A DNA stretch of 64,000 nt, from positions 1 to 64,000 of the forward strand of contig CAZPQW010000009.1 in NCBI GenBank assembly GCA_964588985.1. Reading direction: 5' to 3'. The stretch comes from an uncultured Solirubrobacteraceae bacterium (GTDB lineage Bacteria; Actinomycetota; Thermoleophilia; Solirubrobacterales; Solirubrobacteraceae). Positions 1-9,242 of this stretch are shown here, one piece after another. Position numbers and translations under genes: made by a program. Under the pieces are notes generated by a model that had not been told where the DNA came from, did not search any database, and saw only the letters and a program-made list of their open reading frames with translations. Numbering within the stretch: position 1 is the stretch's first letter; every line of letters starts with the position of its first letter.

Positions 1-688
1 TCACGACGTTGTCGGCGTGGTCGCGCATCACCTCCAGCTCGAACTCGCCCCAGCCGATCACCGACTCATCCAGCAATATCTGCCCGATCGGCGAGGCCTC
101 GAGGCCCTGCGCGGCGATGTGCTCGAACTCCTCCGCCGAGCGCGCGATCCCTCCGCCGCGGCCGCCGAGCGTGAACGCTGGGCGCACTATGCACGGCAGC
201 CCCAGATCCGCGAGCGCGCCCTTCGCCTGCTCGATGTCGGTCGCGATCACGCTCCGCGGCATCCGCAGCCCCGCCTTCGCCATCGCCTCGCGGAACAGGT
301 CGCGGTCCTCGGCGCACGCGATCGCGTCGTAGTTCGCGCCGATCAGCTCCACGCCGAAGCGCTCCAGCGTGCCGTCGTCGTGCAGCGCCTTGGCGAGGTT
401 CAGCGCGGTCTGCCCGCCGAGCGTGCCGAGCAGCGCGTCGGGGCGCTCGCGCTCGATCACCTTCGCCACCGGACCCGGCAGCAACGGCTCGATGTACGTC
501 GCGTCGGCGAACTCGGGGTCGGTCATGATCGTCGCGGGGTTGGAGTTGACGAGCACGACCTCGAAGCCCTCCTCGCGCAGCACCTTGCACGCCTGCACGC
601 CGGAGTAGTCGAACTCGGCGGCCTGCCCGATCACGATCGGCCCGGAGCCGAGGATCAGGATCTTGTTTATGTCGTCACGCCGTGGCAA
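1..688 (-). CDS. carB: Carbamoyl-phosphate synthase large subunit (5' part, runs off window)
   Basis: Manual translation from TTG at 688: [34 protein letters not shown]...[10 protein letters not shown]...GGQTALN. Follows carA. Confidence 0.97.
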   Translation of the reverse strand, partial: MPRRDDINKILILGSGPIVIGQAAEFDYSGVQACKVLREEGFEVVLVNSNPATIMTDPEFADATYIEPLLPGPVAKVIERERPDALLGTLGGQTALNLAKALHDDGTLERFGVELIGANYDAIACAEDRDLFREAMAKAGLRMPRSVIATDIEQAKGALADLGLPCIVRPAFTLGGRGGGIARSAEEFEHIAAQGLEASPIGQILLDESVIGWGEFELEVMRDHADNVV

Positions 689-1802
689 TTCGCTCCAGGA
701 ACCGGTCGAAGAGGTACAGGCTGTCGTGCGGGCCGGGGCCGGCCTCGGGGTGGTACTGCACCGTCCCGCCGGGCACGTCGAGCAGTTCGAGGCCCTCGAC
801 GGTGCGGTCGTAGAGGTTCACGTGCGACAGCGCCGCAGCGCCGAAGTCGGTCTCCCAGCGCACCGGCTCGTCGCTGTCGATCGTGCGTCCGCCGCCCGGC
901 CCGACCGCCGCGAAGCCGTGGTTCTGCGAGGTGATCTCCACGCGTCCGGTGCTCAGATCCTTGACCGGATGGTTCGCGCCGCGGTGCCCGAACGGCAGCT
1001 TGAACGTCTCGAGGCCGACCGCGCGGCACAGCAGCTGGTGGCCGAGGCAGATACCCCAAACCGGCTTCTTGCCGACGATCTCGCGGACCGTGTCGACGAT
1101 GTAGCCGAGGGCCGCGGGGTCGCCCGGGCCGTTCGACAGGAAGACCGCGTCGGGGTCGTCCGCGAGCAGTTCCGCGGCCGAGCTCGTGCAGGGGTGCAAC
1201 GCGACCCGAGCCCCGCGAGCGACAAGCTCGCGCACCATGGATGCCTTTATACCCGTGTCGATCACCGAGATCCTCGGCCCGTCGCCGCTGCCGTGGCGGG
1301 TCACTTCGCTCGGCGTCACGACCCTCGCGAGGTCCTGGCCGTTCATCGAGGGCTCAGCGTCGATCAGCTCGCGCGCTTCGCTCTCGGAGATCGTTGCGGG
1401 GAAGACGCCGCCGCGCATCGCGCCCGCCTCGCGGATGTGCATCACCAGCGAGCGCGTGTCCACGCCGCTGATCGCCTGCACGCCGCAATCCTCGAGCCAG
1501 TCGAGCCAGCCGCGCTCCGCGGTGGGCGCGTCTTCGCGGTTGCACGCCTCGCGCATGATCGCCGCGCGCGCCCACGCCCGCTCGGACTCCATCGCCTGCG
1601 CGCTCGTGCCGTAGTTGCCGATGTGCGGGTAGGTGAACGCGATCAGCTGCCCCGCGAACGACGGGTCGGTCATCGATTCCTGGTAGCCGGACATGCCCGT
1701 CGTGAACACCACCTCGCCCACCGTGTGGCCTTCCGCAGCACACACGTCGCCGTCGAAGCGCGTGCCGTCCTCCAGCAGTACGTATCCGGTCGCGCTCGCC
1801 AT
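675..1802 (-). CDS. carA: Carbamoyl-phosphate synthase small subunit
   Basis: [38 protein letters not shown] motifs. Start set at MASATGY (1802). Confidence 0.97.
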   Translation of the reverse strand: MASATGYVLLEDGTRFDGDVCAAEGHTVGEVVFTTGMSGYQESMTDPSFAGQLIAFTYPHIGNYGTSAQAMESERAWARAAIMREACNREDAPTAERGWLDWLEDCGVQAISGVDTRSLVMHIREAGAMRGGVFPATISESEARELIDAEPSMNGQDLARVVTPSEVTRHGSGDGPRISVIDTGIKASMVRELVARGARVALHPCTSSAAELLADDPDAVFLSNGPGDPAALGYIVDTVREIVGKKPVWGICLGHQLLCRAVGLETFKLPFGHRGANHPVKDLSTGRVEITSQNHGFAAVGPGGGRTIDSDEPVRWETDFGAAALSHVNLYDRTVEGLELLDVPGGTVQYHPEAGPGPHDSLYLFDRFLERIATA

Positions 1803-2326
1803 CAGATGATCAGCTTCTGGACGGCTTTGAACTCGGGGGTGCCGGCGCGCTCGAGCAGCTCGAACAGCACCGACTCGACGCTCGTGACGACCGCGCCCGC
1901 GGCCTGCATCCGCTCGAGGCCGCGCTCGTAGTCGAGCGTGTGGCGCGAGCCGACCGCGTCGGCGGGCACGTGCACTTCGACGCCGATGTCGAGCAGGTCG
2001 TGGACGGTCTGGCTCACGCACACGTGCGCCTCGATCCCGCACACGATCGCCTGCTCGCGACCGGCGAGCTCGAACCCGTCCGCGCGCGTCGCCGAGAACA
2101 CGCTCTTCTCGATCACCCGCTCGTTCAGCAGCCCCAGCTCCGGCGCGCTGTGGCCGAGCCCTTTGGGGTACTGCTCGCTCACGAGCGCCGGCACGTCGAG
2201 GATCCGCGACCCCTCGAGCAGCTTCGAGCACGCGCCCGCCACGCCCGCGAACGCGTCGTAGGAGCGAAAGCCGTCCTGGACGTCCACCACGATCAGCGTC
2301 GCGTGGCGGCGGATCAGCAGGCTCAT
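1802..2326 (-). CDS. Isochorismatase/cysteine hydrolase family protein
   Basis: VVDVQ, SEQYPKGLG, EKSVFSA, GIEAHVCV (D-K-C triad). Overlaps the pyrC stop and carA start. Confidence 0.9.
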   Translation of the reverse strand: MSLLIRRHATLIVVDVQDGFRSYDAFAGVAGACSKLLEGSRILDVPALVSEQYPKGLGHSAPELGLLNERVIEKSVFSATRADGFELAGREQAIVCGIEAHVCVSQTVHDLLDIGVEVHVPADAVGSRHTLDYERGLERMQAAGAVVTSVESVLFELLERAGTPEFKAVQKLII

Positions 2327-3675
2327 CGGGCGCCCACCACCGCGAGCGAGCGGTCGCGGTGCGCGATCGCGCCCGCCGCGAGCGTCAGCAGCACCCGGCC
2401 CTGCATCCGCCGTCCCGTGAAGCAGCAGTTCTCCGAGCGGCTCTCCCAGCCGTGCTCGCCCGCGATCCACTCCGCGTCGAGATCCACCAGCACGAGGTTC
2501 GCCGTCTCGCCGGTGGACAGGCGCGGCGTCGGCAGCTCGAACAGCTCGGCCCCCGCGCTCATCCGCTCCACCAGCACCGAGAGATCGAGAACCCCCGGAA
2601 GCACGAGGCCGGCGTACAGCGCCGCGAACGAGGTCTCGAGGCCCGTGGTGCCCATCGGCGCCTGCTCGAACGGCACCTCCTTCTCGTCGCGCGCGTGCGG
2701 CGCGTGGTCGGTCGCGACGCAGTCGATCGTCCCCTCGCGCAGCCCCGCGATCAGCGCCTGCCGGTCGGCCTCGGTGGTCAGCGGCGGGTGCATCTTCATG
2801 CGCGTGTCGAGGCCCCTCACGTCCGCGTCGGTGAGCAGCAGGTGGTGCGGGGAGACCTCCGCGCTCACGCGCCAGCCGCGCTGCTTCGCGTCGGCGACCG
2901 CGTCGAGCGACGCCGCGCAGCTGAGGTGCTGGAAGTGCACGCGCCCGTCCTCGTATCCGGCGAGCGCCGCGTCGCGAGCGACCATCGTGGACTCCGCGAT
3001 CGTCGGGATCCCCGCGATCCCGAGCGCCGCGCTGAGCGCGCCCTCGTGCATCGCGCCGCCGTTGGACAGCGTCGGGTCCTCCTCGTGCAGCGCGAGCACC
3101 CCGCCGCACAGCCGCTGGTACTGGAGCGCCTTGCGCAGCATCCCCGCGCTGCGCACCGGCTTGCCGTCGTCGCTGAAGCCGAGCGCGCCCTCCTGTCTGA
3201 GCTCCGCCATCTCGCTCAGCTGCTCTCCCTGCAGACCGCGCGTGATCGCCGGAAGGAAGCCCACCGGGACGCGCGCCTCGCGAGCGGCGGCGTCGCGCAG
3301 CGAGCGCAGCAGCGGCGCGGAGTCGAGCACGGGGTTGGTGTTCGGCATCGCGATCACGCCGCAGAAGCCGCCCGCCGCTGCCGCTCGCGTGCCCGTTTCG
3401 AGGTCCTCCTTGTGCTCCTGGCCGGGCGTGCGCAGGTGCACGTGCGGGTCGAAGAACGCCGGCAGCAGCCTCAGCCGACCGTGCCCCTCGATCAGCTCCT
3501 CGTCCGCGAACGCTTCGAGCGTCCCGGGCTCCGCCCACTCGGCGATGCTGCCGTCGCTCACGCGCACGTCGACGCGCGCGTCGTGACCCGTGCGCGGGTC
3601 GAGCGCGTGCACGTCGCGCAGCAACAGCGACGCCGCCGGCAGCGGCGCGCTCACGAGGGGCTCTGCGTGCCTCAC
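2323..3675 (-). CDS. pyrC: Dihydroorotase
   Basis: DPHVHLRTPG, MPNTNP, FSDDG, ATDHAPH; pyr operon context. Confidence 0.95.
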   Translation of the reverse strand: MRHAEPLVSAPLPAASLLLRDVHALDPRTGHDARVDVRVSDGSIAEWAEPGTLEAFADEELIEGHGRLRLLPAFFDPHVHLRTPGQEHKEDLETGTRAAAAGGFCGVIAMPNTNPVLDSAPLLRSLRDAAAREARVPVGFLPAITRGLQGEQLSEMAELRQEGALGFSDDGKPVRSAGMLRKALQYQRLCGGVLALHEEDPTLSNGGAMHEGALSAALGIAGIPTIAESTMVARDAALAGYEDGRVHFQHLSCAASLDAVADAKQRGWRVSAEVSPHHLLLTDADVRGLDTRMKMHPPLTTEADRQALIAGLREGTIDCVATDHAPHARDEKEVPFEQAPMGTTGLETSFAALYAGLVLPGVLDLSVLVERMSAGAELFELPTPRLSTGETANLVLVDLDAEWIAGEHGWESRSENCCFTGRRMQGRVLLTLAAGAIAHRDRSLAVVGAR

Positions 3676-4628
3676 GCCAGCTGGCCCTCGGTCACAGCGG
3701 CGGCGACATCCGTCTCAGCGCGCTCGGGTTGGCGCGCTCCGGCGAGCAGCTCGTAGAGGACCGCCATCCGCACCACCACGCCCGCCTCGACCTGTGCGGT
3801 GATCACAGCCTGCGGCGAGTCGACCACCTCGCCCGACAGCTCCACGCCGCGGTTCACCGGGCCGGGGTGCATCAGCACCTGGTGCGGGGACAGGCGCCGG
3901 CCGTTGAGCTGATACCACGCCGCGTACTCGCGCAGCGACGGCACCCACGTGTCGTTCATCCGCTCGCTCTGCATCCGCAGCGCGTACACCACGTCCGCCG
4001 TGTGGAGATCATCGAGCGTGAAGCGCACCTCACACCCTAAATCCTCGATCCCGCGCGGGATCAGCGTCGGCGGGCCCACGACGGTGACCTTCGCGCCCAT
4101 GCGCTGGAATGCGAGGATGTTCGACCGCGCGACGCGCGAGTGCGCGACGTCGCCCACGATCCAGATCGACGCGCCGTCGATCGCGCCCAGCCGGCGTTTC
4201 AGCGTGTAGACGTCCAGCAGCGCCTGCGTGGGGTGCTCGTGCTTGCCGTCGCCCGCGTTCACGATCGCCGCCGAGCACCATTTGGAGACCAGCTCGGAGG
4301 CTCCGACCCACGGGGTGCGCAGCACGATCGCGTCGGGCTTGTGCGCGGAGAGCGTCAGCACGGTGTCCTTCAGCGACTCGCCCTTCTCCACGCTCGACCC
4401 GCTCGCCGCGAAGTTCACCACGTCCGCCGACAGGCGCTTGGCGGCCAGCTCGAAGGAGCTGCGCGTGCGTGTCGAGGCCTCGTAGAAGAGGTTCAGCACC
4501 ATCCGCCCGCGCAGAGCGGGGACCTTCTTGATCTCGCGGTCGGACACCTCCGCGAAGCGCTCGGCCTGCGCCACGATCCGTTCGATCGCGTCGCGGTCGA
4601 GTTCCTCGATCGAGAGGAGATGCTTCAA
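3672..4628 (-). CDS. pyrB: Aspartate carbamoyltransferase catalytic subunit
   Basis: FYEASTRTRSSFE, NAGDGKHEHPTQ, MHPGPVNRGVE. Confidence 0.97.
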   Translation of the reverse strand: MKHLLSIEELDRDAIERIVAQAERFAEVSDREIKKVPALRGRMVLNLFYEASTRTRSSFELAAKRLSADVVNFAASGSSVEKGESLKDTVLTLSAHKPDAIVLRTPWVGASELVSKWCSAAIVNAGDGKHEHPTQALLDVYTLKRRLGAIDGASIWIVGDVAHSRVARSNILAFQRMGAKVTVVGPPTLIPRGIEDLGCEVRFTLDDLHTADVVYALRMQSERMNDTWVPSLREYAAWYQLNGRRLSPHQVLMHPGPVNRGVELSGEVVDSPQAVITAQVEAGVVVRMAVLYELLAGARQPERAETDVAAAVTEGQLA

Positions 4629-5200
4629 GCGGACGTCTCCACTGCGGCGGACGCTACCGGGGCACCGCCTGAGATGGCGACCTCGTCGACTCCGTCCAAC
4701 TCCTGCAGGCGGACGTGCACGTGCTCGCCCCTGGAGGTCGGCAGGTTCTTGCCGACATAGTCGGGGCGGATGGGAAGCTCGCGGTGGCCGCGATCGGCGA
4801 GCACCGCCAGCTGCACGCGCTCCGGGCGGCCGTAGTCGAACAGCGCCTCGATCGCCGCGCGCACCGTGCGCCCGGTGAACAGGACGTCGTCGACGATCAC
4901 CACCGTCAGTCCGTTGATGTCGAAGTCGATGTGCGAAGCGTGCACGACGGGCGCGTCCGGGCGGGTCGCGACATCGTCGCGGTAGAAGCCGATGTCGAGG
5001 TCGCCGAGCTTCACCTCGGTGTCGAGCAGATCCTCCAGCAACGCGTGCAGCCGCTGTGCGAGGAACGCGCCACGGCGATGGATGCCGACGAGGGCGGGAG
5101 CGGGATCGTGCGGGTTGCGCTCGACGATCTCGTGCGCGATGCGCGTCAGCGCTCGCCCAACTTCCTCCTCGTGGAGGACGACCTTCTCGTGGCTTTCCAT
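4625..5200 (-). CDS. pyrR: Pyrimidine operon regulator / uracil phosphoribosyltransferase
   Basis: RIAHEIVE, FYRDD, VDDVLFTGRT, DRGHRELPIRPDYVGKN. Confidence 0.97.
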   Translation of the reverse strand: MESHEKVVLHEEEVGRALTRIAHEIVERNPHDPAPALVGIHRRGAFLAQRLHALLEDLLDTEVKLGDLDIGFYRDDVATRPDAPVVHASHIDFDINGLTVVIVDDVLFTGRTVRAAIEALFDYGRPERVQLAVLADRGHRELPIRPDYVGKNLPTSRGEHVHVRLQELDGVDEVAISGGAPVASAAVETSA

Positions 5201-5204
5201 CTCT

Positions 5205-5237
5205 TCCTTCCTGGCCTCTCGGGACCGGGTTAAAGGA
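5205..5237 (-). promoter_or_regulatory. PyrR RNA-binding site overlapping the pyrR ribosome-binding site
   Basis: Minus strand reads TCCTTTAACCCGGTCCCGAGAGGCCAGGAAGGA, matching the CUUUAA...GUCCNGAGAGGC...GAAGG PyrR loop. A -10 TACATT lies at 5247-5252. Confidence 0.88.
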
Positions 5238-5252
5238 TCTACCGAGAATGTA

Positions 5253-6248
5253 TCAGGGGGATGCGACGGGCTGGGCCTCCGCGGAGGGCTGCCCGTCGGG
5301 GTTTCGCTCGCGCGCCTGGCGCTCGGACCAGCGCACGAGCGTCGCGTTGCCGCGCTCCGGGAACGGCACCTCGATCGTGTCGAAGTCGCGCGGCGCCTCG
5401 GTCGCGGCGAACGTTGCGCGGGCCTCGTCGCGCAGCTCGCCGCCCGCGTAGCGGCTCGAGAAGTGCGTCAGCGCCAGCAGCCGCACCTCCGCGTCGCGCG
5501 CCAGTTCCGCCGCCTGGCGCGCGGTGCTGTGCTGGGTCTGGCGCGCGCGGTCGGCCTCCTCCTCGGTGAACGTCGCCTCGTGGACGAGCAGGTCCGCCTG
5601 GTGCGCCGCGAGCGCGAGCGTCTCGCACGGCGCCGTGTCTCCCGAGATCACGATCTTGCGGCCCTCGCGGGTCTCCCCCATCACCTGCTCCGGTTTCACG
5701 CCGTCGACGGTCTCGCCGCGTTGCAGTCGACCGAAGTCCGGGCCGGGTCGCACGCCCAGCTCCTCCGCGAGCTTCGCGTCGAGGTGGCCTGGGCGGGAGT
5801 CCTCCACGAGCGCATAGCCGAACGCCACCCCGCCCTTGTGCTTCACCGGGATCGCTCCGATCAGATAACCGTCGCGCCTCACCGTCTCCGCCGGCTCCAG
5901 CTCCACGATGTCGAGGCCGTACGGTAGGCGACCGTAGACCACGTACATCGCGTCCATCAGATCCTTCAGGCCCCGGGGGCCGTAAACGGTGAGCGGCTCG
6001 CTGCGTTCGCGCAGCGCGAAGGACTTCAGCATTCCGGGAAGTCCCAGCCAGTGGTCGGCGTGGAAGTGCGTGATGAAGATGCTGTCGAGGTCCGCGAGTC
6101 CGACGGAGCGCAGCAGCTGGCGCTGCGTGCCTTCCCCGCAGTCGAACAGCAGCCGGTCTCCCCCGCGACGAATCAACACCGACGGCAGGCCGCGGCGCGC
6201 GCTCGGCACCGAGCCCGCGGTCCCCACGAAGAACAGCGACAGATCCAT
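5253..6248 (-). CDS. rnz: Ribonuclease Z
   Basis: GTAGSVP, FDCGEGTQRQ, HFHADH, SGDT, HEATF, HST, THFSSRY. Confidence 0.95.
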   Translation of the reverse strand: MDLSLFFVGTAGSVPSARRGLPSVLIRRGGDRLLFDCGEGTQRQLLRSVGLADLDSIFITHFHADHWLGLPGMLKSFALRERSEPLTVYGPRGLKDLMDAMYVVYGRLPYGLDIVELEPAETVRRDGYLIGAIPVKHKGGVAFGYALVEDSRPGHLDAKLAEELGVRPGPDFGRLQRGETVDGVKPEQVMGETREGRKIVISGDTAPCETLALAAHQADLLVHEATFTEEEADRARQTQHSTARQAAELARDAEVRLLALTHFSSRYAGGELRDEARATFAATEAPRDFDTIEVPFPERGNATLVRWSERQARERNPDGQPSAEAQPVASP

Positions 6249-6355
6249 GGTCGCTACGGTAGCGGCGGCGCGTGGGGCGCGGCTGGCCGCAGTGAGTGGG
6301 CGCGGGTCGCGGCGCTAAGCTCCGAGGGCTGGATGTCGTCCATGAGACGTCATTT

Positions 6356-6428
6356 GCGCCCGTAGCTCAGTGGATAGAGTGCTTGCCTCCGGAGCAAGAA
6401 GTCGCTGGTTCGAATCCAGCCGGGCGCA
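6356..6428 (+). tRNA. tRNA-Arg (anticodon CCG), CCA not encoded
   Basis: Acceptor stem GCGCCCG/CGGGCGC, D-arm TAGCTCAGTGGATAGAG, anticodon stem CTTGC-CTCCGGA-GCAAG, T-arm GCTGG-TTCGAAT-CCAGC. Confidence 0.97.
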
Positions 6429-6488
6429 TGGTAGCCGTGAGCACAGCAGCAGCTGGATTGCGCGCGTCCGACGAATCGCTGGCTGGCC

Positions 6489-6743
6489 CTACGCTGGCAG
6501 CAGTTGGTCGAAAGACGTCGTCTCGAAGTAGCTGGAATGCGTGTGCTTGACCGTTTCCAGCGAGTCGGCGCTGAGCAGCACGACGTCGAGGTCCCGATGT
6601 CCACGGGCCTTCTGCTCGGCCTCTTGGTACGCGTGCTGCGCAGCCTCGTAGTCACCAAACTCGACGACCGTCGTCTTGCGCCGCGTCACGTCACGCGTCA
6701 CGAGAAAGTGCTTGATGTCGTCACCTGGGTTCATCTTGATCAT
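6489..6743 (-). CDS. Putative antitoxin resembling the CapRel/PhRel antitoxin (pseudo-zinc-finger) module
   Basis: 84 aa with ATGA overlap to the upstream SAS. The C-terminal A..AY..AE....DVVLLSADSLETVKHTHSSYF resembles the DxVLVxxxSxxxLRxAYPNYF tail of fused CapRel. Confidence 0.7.
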   Translation of the reverse strand: MIKMNPGDDIKHFLVTRDVTRRKTTVVEFGDYEAAQHAYQEAEQKARGHRDLDVVLLSADSLETVKHTHSSYFETTSFDQLLPA

Positions 6744-7502
6744 CCCTTGTGAGGGTCTCGTGTCGCCAATGATGGCAGGCTCTTCAAGCTCGACCCTAGA
6801 TCGTCAGCTGAGACCTCGCCGCGGTCGAAGCCGGCGATCAGCTCGGCCATCGTCAGAAAGAGACTGTGGAAGCTCTCGTCGCCAGCGCCGAACTTGAGAT
6901 CGACGCCGAATTGTCTGCCGGTCTCCTCGACGGTGTTCGCCCATATGTCCTGCCCGATTGTCCGAAGCTGGACCTCTATCGTGTAGTCCATGCGTCTGAC
7001 GATCAGGTGAAGTGCTCTGTAGCCACTGCTCTTGGGCTCGGCGATGTAGTCCCTCTCCCTGACGATCGTCCAAGACTTCAACAGCCGACGCCTGACGAGA
7101 TACACGTGCCGTTGAGTAGGAAGCATCGCGCGAACGCCACCGATGTCCTGCATCTGCGTGACTTTCCCGCTCTCGCGCGCCAGCTTTCCGATCAGCGTGT
7201 CGAGGCGCTTCAAGCGCTGCGTAACCTCGATACGGTCGCGCACGCGAGCATCGGCACGATCGACGTGATGGCGAAGATTCGCAGCCACCGCTGACAGCGG
7301 GCGTGCGTGCAGGCTGCGCCACCACGTCAGCGCCTCCCACGCTTCGTCGAGCTTCTGCTCATCGAACCCAGCGACAGCCCTCTTGGCGTCCTGCCTCTGC
7401 ATTCGTTCGCGGAGGTCGAGCAGCAGGACGCCTGCTCGATTGACTTCGCCCTTTGTGGAACGGCGCTGCTATTTGCGGAGAGGCTGGACGATGCGCGGCC
7501 AT
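6740..7502 (-). CDS. RelA/SpoT-domain small alarmone synthetase (CapRel/PhRel-like toxSAS), with an apparent +1 frameshift near 7457
   Basis: WRSLHARPL, QRLKR, MQDIGGVR, DYIAEPKSSGYRALH, EVQLRT..QDIWA. The open frame has an ATG at 7402, but the motif TKGEVNRAG lies in frame upstream of it; the ATG at 7502 is one base out of frame. Confidence 0.85.
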
Positions 7503-7540
7503 CTCAGGGTTGTAGCGAACAACGGCGACGGGACTCAGGA

Positions 7541-8656
7541 CTACCGCAGAAGCGCAGCCTCCCCGACCAGCACGCCATCCTGCGGGTGCCCCGGTACCGA
7601 CAGTCCAGTACTCCCACCCCTGATGCAGGGCGGCGTGAGCGGGAGCGGTGACTTCGCGGGAAGCCGATCGACCACCTGGCTCTGGGAGTAGGCCGCCCAC
7701 GAGAGCACGCTTCCGATGGGAGCGTGAACCCCCCGCGCGCGACCGATCAGCACATCCTGTTCGGCAGCCAGCGCGCTGGTGGTGGCCGAGAAGATCAGCT
7801 CATGCCTTACCCCGTGGCTGTCGAACGCAAGCCCAACCCCCTGGCGTCCGAGCTTGTCAGTGACGGTCCCGAGTGATCTGACCCCCCGCAGACCGGCAGC
7901 AGCTCGATACAGCGCAGCACGCAGAGCCGGCGGCGCGTCGGTCTCGCGCAGCAGATCGCCGACCTGGGTGAACGCCTCCCCCGGTCCAGGCTGTCCGCCC
8001 TCGACCTTGCCGGTCAGCAGGCGCGCGCGCAGCCTCGCCGGATCTCTCGGTAGGCGGCCGAGCGGGATCGGGTCGATCGACAGGCAGCCCGGCGCCGCCC
8101 AGGTGTTGCTCACGCCCGCCGGCTGCGCCGGGACGTCCTTGCACGCTTTGGCTTCGCTGGGTGAGAGGAAGTGCGCCGGCCCGTCCGTCTCGCGGAACAA
8201 CCCTTCGCCGTTGGCTGCGACCCAGTTCTGCCGGTACTGCTCGAAGACCGTCTGGCAGTAGACGCCGCCGGGCAAGGAAGTGTCCGACCCGGTCAGCGAA
8301 TGCGACGCCGTGTACAGGTACTGCCCCGGTCCGGGGACCGCCGCCGGCTGGGCGGCGGCGACGCGTGCGAGTCGCTGGAGCAGCGGTCCGGCGGCGAGCG
8401 CAGGCTGCGGGGTCGACCCTGAGCGCACGGACGCTCCGAGGGCGATCGCAACCACTGCGAGCACCGCCGCGAGCGCGGCGCTGGCGAGCAGGCGGCGCCT
8501 CGATCGGACGCCTCCTCGATGGACGACGCCACCCGGCGCAAGCGTCTGCCGGCTCATCGCACGATCGAGCGACTGCCGCGCCGCTGCACGCGCCTGCTCG
8601 TTCGAGGGTGCAGGTTCGCTGCGATGACGCCGCAGCAGGTCGAGCTCGTCAGTCAT
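7541..8656 (-). CDS. CU044_5270-like membrane-anchored protein (probable anti-sigma partner)
   Basis: MTDELDLLR...ARAAARQSL, one TM helix, PGPGQYLY, LPRDPARLR, PPALRAALYRAAA, DKLGRQG. Overlaps the ECF sigma gene. Confidence 0.8.
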   Translation of the reverse strand: MTDELDLLRRHRSEPAPSNEQARAAARQSLDRAMSRQTLAPGGVVHRGGVRSRRRLLASAALAAVLAVVAIALGASVRSGSTPQPALAAGPLLQRLARVAAAQPAAVPGPGQYLYTASHSLTGSDTSLPGGVYCQTVFEQYRQNWVAANGEGLFRETDGPAHFLSPSEAKACKDVPAQPAGVSNTWAAPGCLSIDPIPLGRLPRDPARLRARLLTGKVEGGQPGPGEAFTQVGDLLRETDAPPALRAALYRAAAGLRGVRSLGTVTDKLGRQGVGLAFDSHGVRHELIFSATTSALAAEQDVLIGRARGVHAPIGSVLSWAAYSQSQVVDRLPAKSPLPLTPPCIRGGSTGLSVPGHPQDGVLVGEAALLR

Positions 8657-9239
8657 CTGTGCTCCTCGTGTTGAGTCCATGGGCGCGCGGCGCGTCGAGC
8701 CGCGATCTGAGGTGCGCTCGCGCTCGGGCGAGACGAGAGCGCACGGTGCCGATCGGGATGTCCAGCGCCTCGGCGATCTCCTCGTAGGAGAGCTCCTCCC
8801 AGGCGTGGAGCAGCAGCACGTCGCGCTGCGCCGAGTCGAGGGTCACCAACGCCTCGGCAAGCCGGTCCGTGTCCAGCCCCTCGCTCGCGCCGTCGCTGTC
8901 GGCTGGGCGTTCGGCGTTCAGCAGCGCGAGCGCTCCCTGCTCGCGGCGCGCGACGCGATGACGCTCGTGCAGGAGGTTGGTGGCGATACCCAGCAGCCAC
9001 GGTCGCGCGCTCGTGCTGTCTGGCCGGAAGCTGCGGCGGCGCTCGAACGCGATCACGAACGTAGTCGACGCGAGGTCGTCGGCCTGCGCGCCGGGAACTC
9101 GCCGGGCGAGGTAGCGATGGACCGCTGTGTAGTGGCGGTCGAAGATCTCCGCGAAGCCCTCGGGGCGCTCGAGCGAGCCCGCGATGGTCGCGCTGTCAGA
9201 GGTGGCCTCGGGGGCGAGTAGCGAGCGACCCATCACCAC
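8649..9239 (-). CDS. ECF RNA polymerase sigma-70 factor
   Basis: FAEIFDRH...VHRYLARR, ARPWLLGIATN, LSYEEIAEALDIPIGTVRSRLARAR. Confidence 0.93.
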   Translation of the reverse strand: MVMGRSLLAPEATSDSATIAGSLERPEGFAEIFDRHYTAVHRYLARRVPGAQADDLASTTFVIAFERRRSFRPDSTSARPWLLGIATNLLHERHRVARREQGALALLNAERPADSDGASEGLDTDRLAEALVTLDSAQRDVLLLHAWEELSYEEIAEALDIPIGTVRSRLARARAHLRSRLDAPRAHGLNTRSTDD

Positions 9240-9242
9240 CTA

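Noticed and set aside
6296-6658. ORFs 6296-6550 and 6350-6658
   Set aside because: They overlap the tRNA and the antitoxin; spurious translations.
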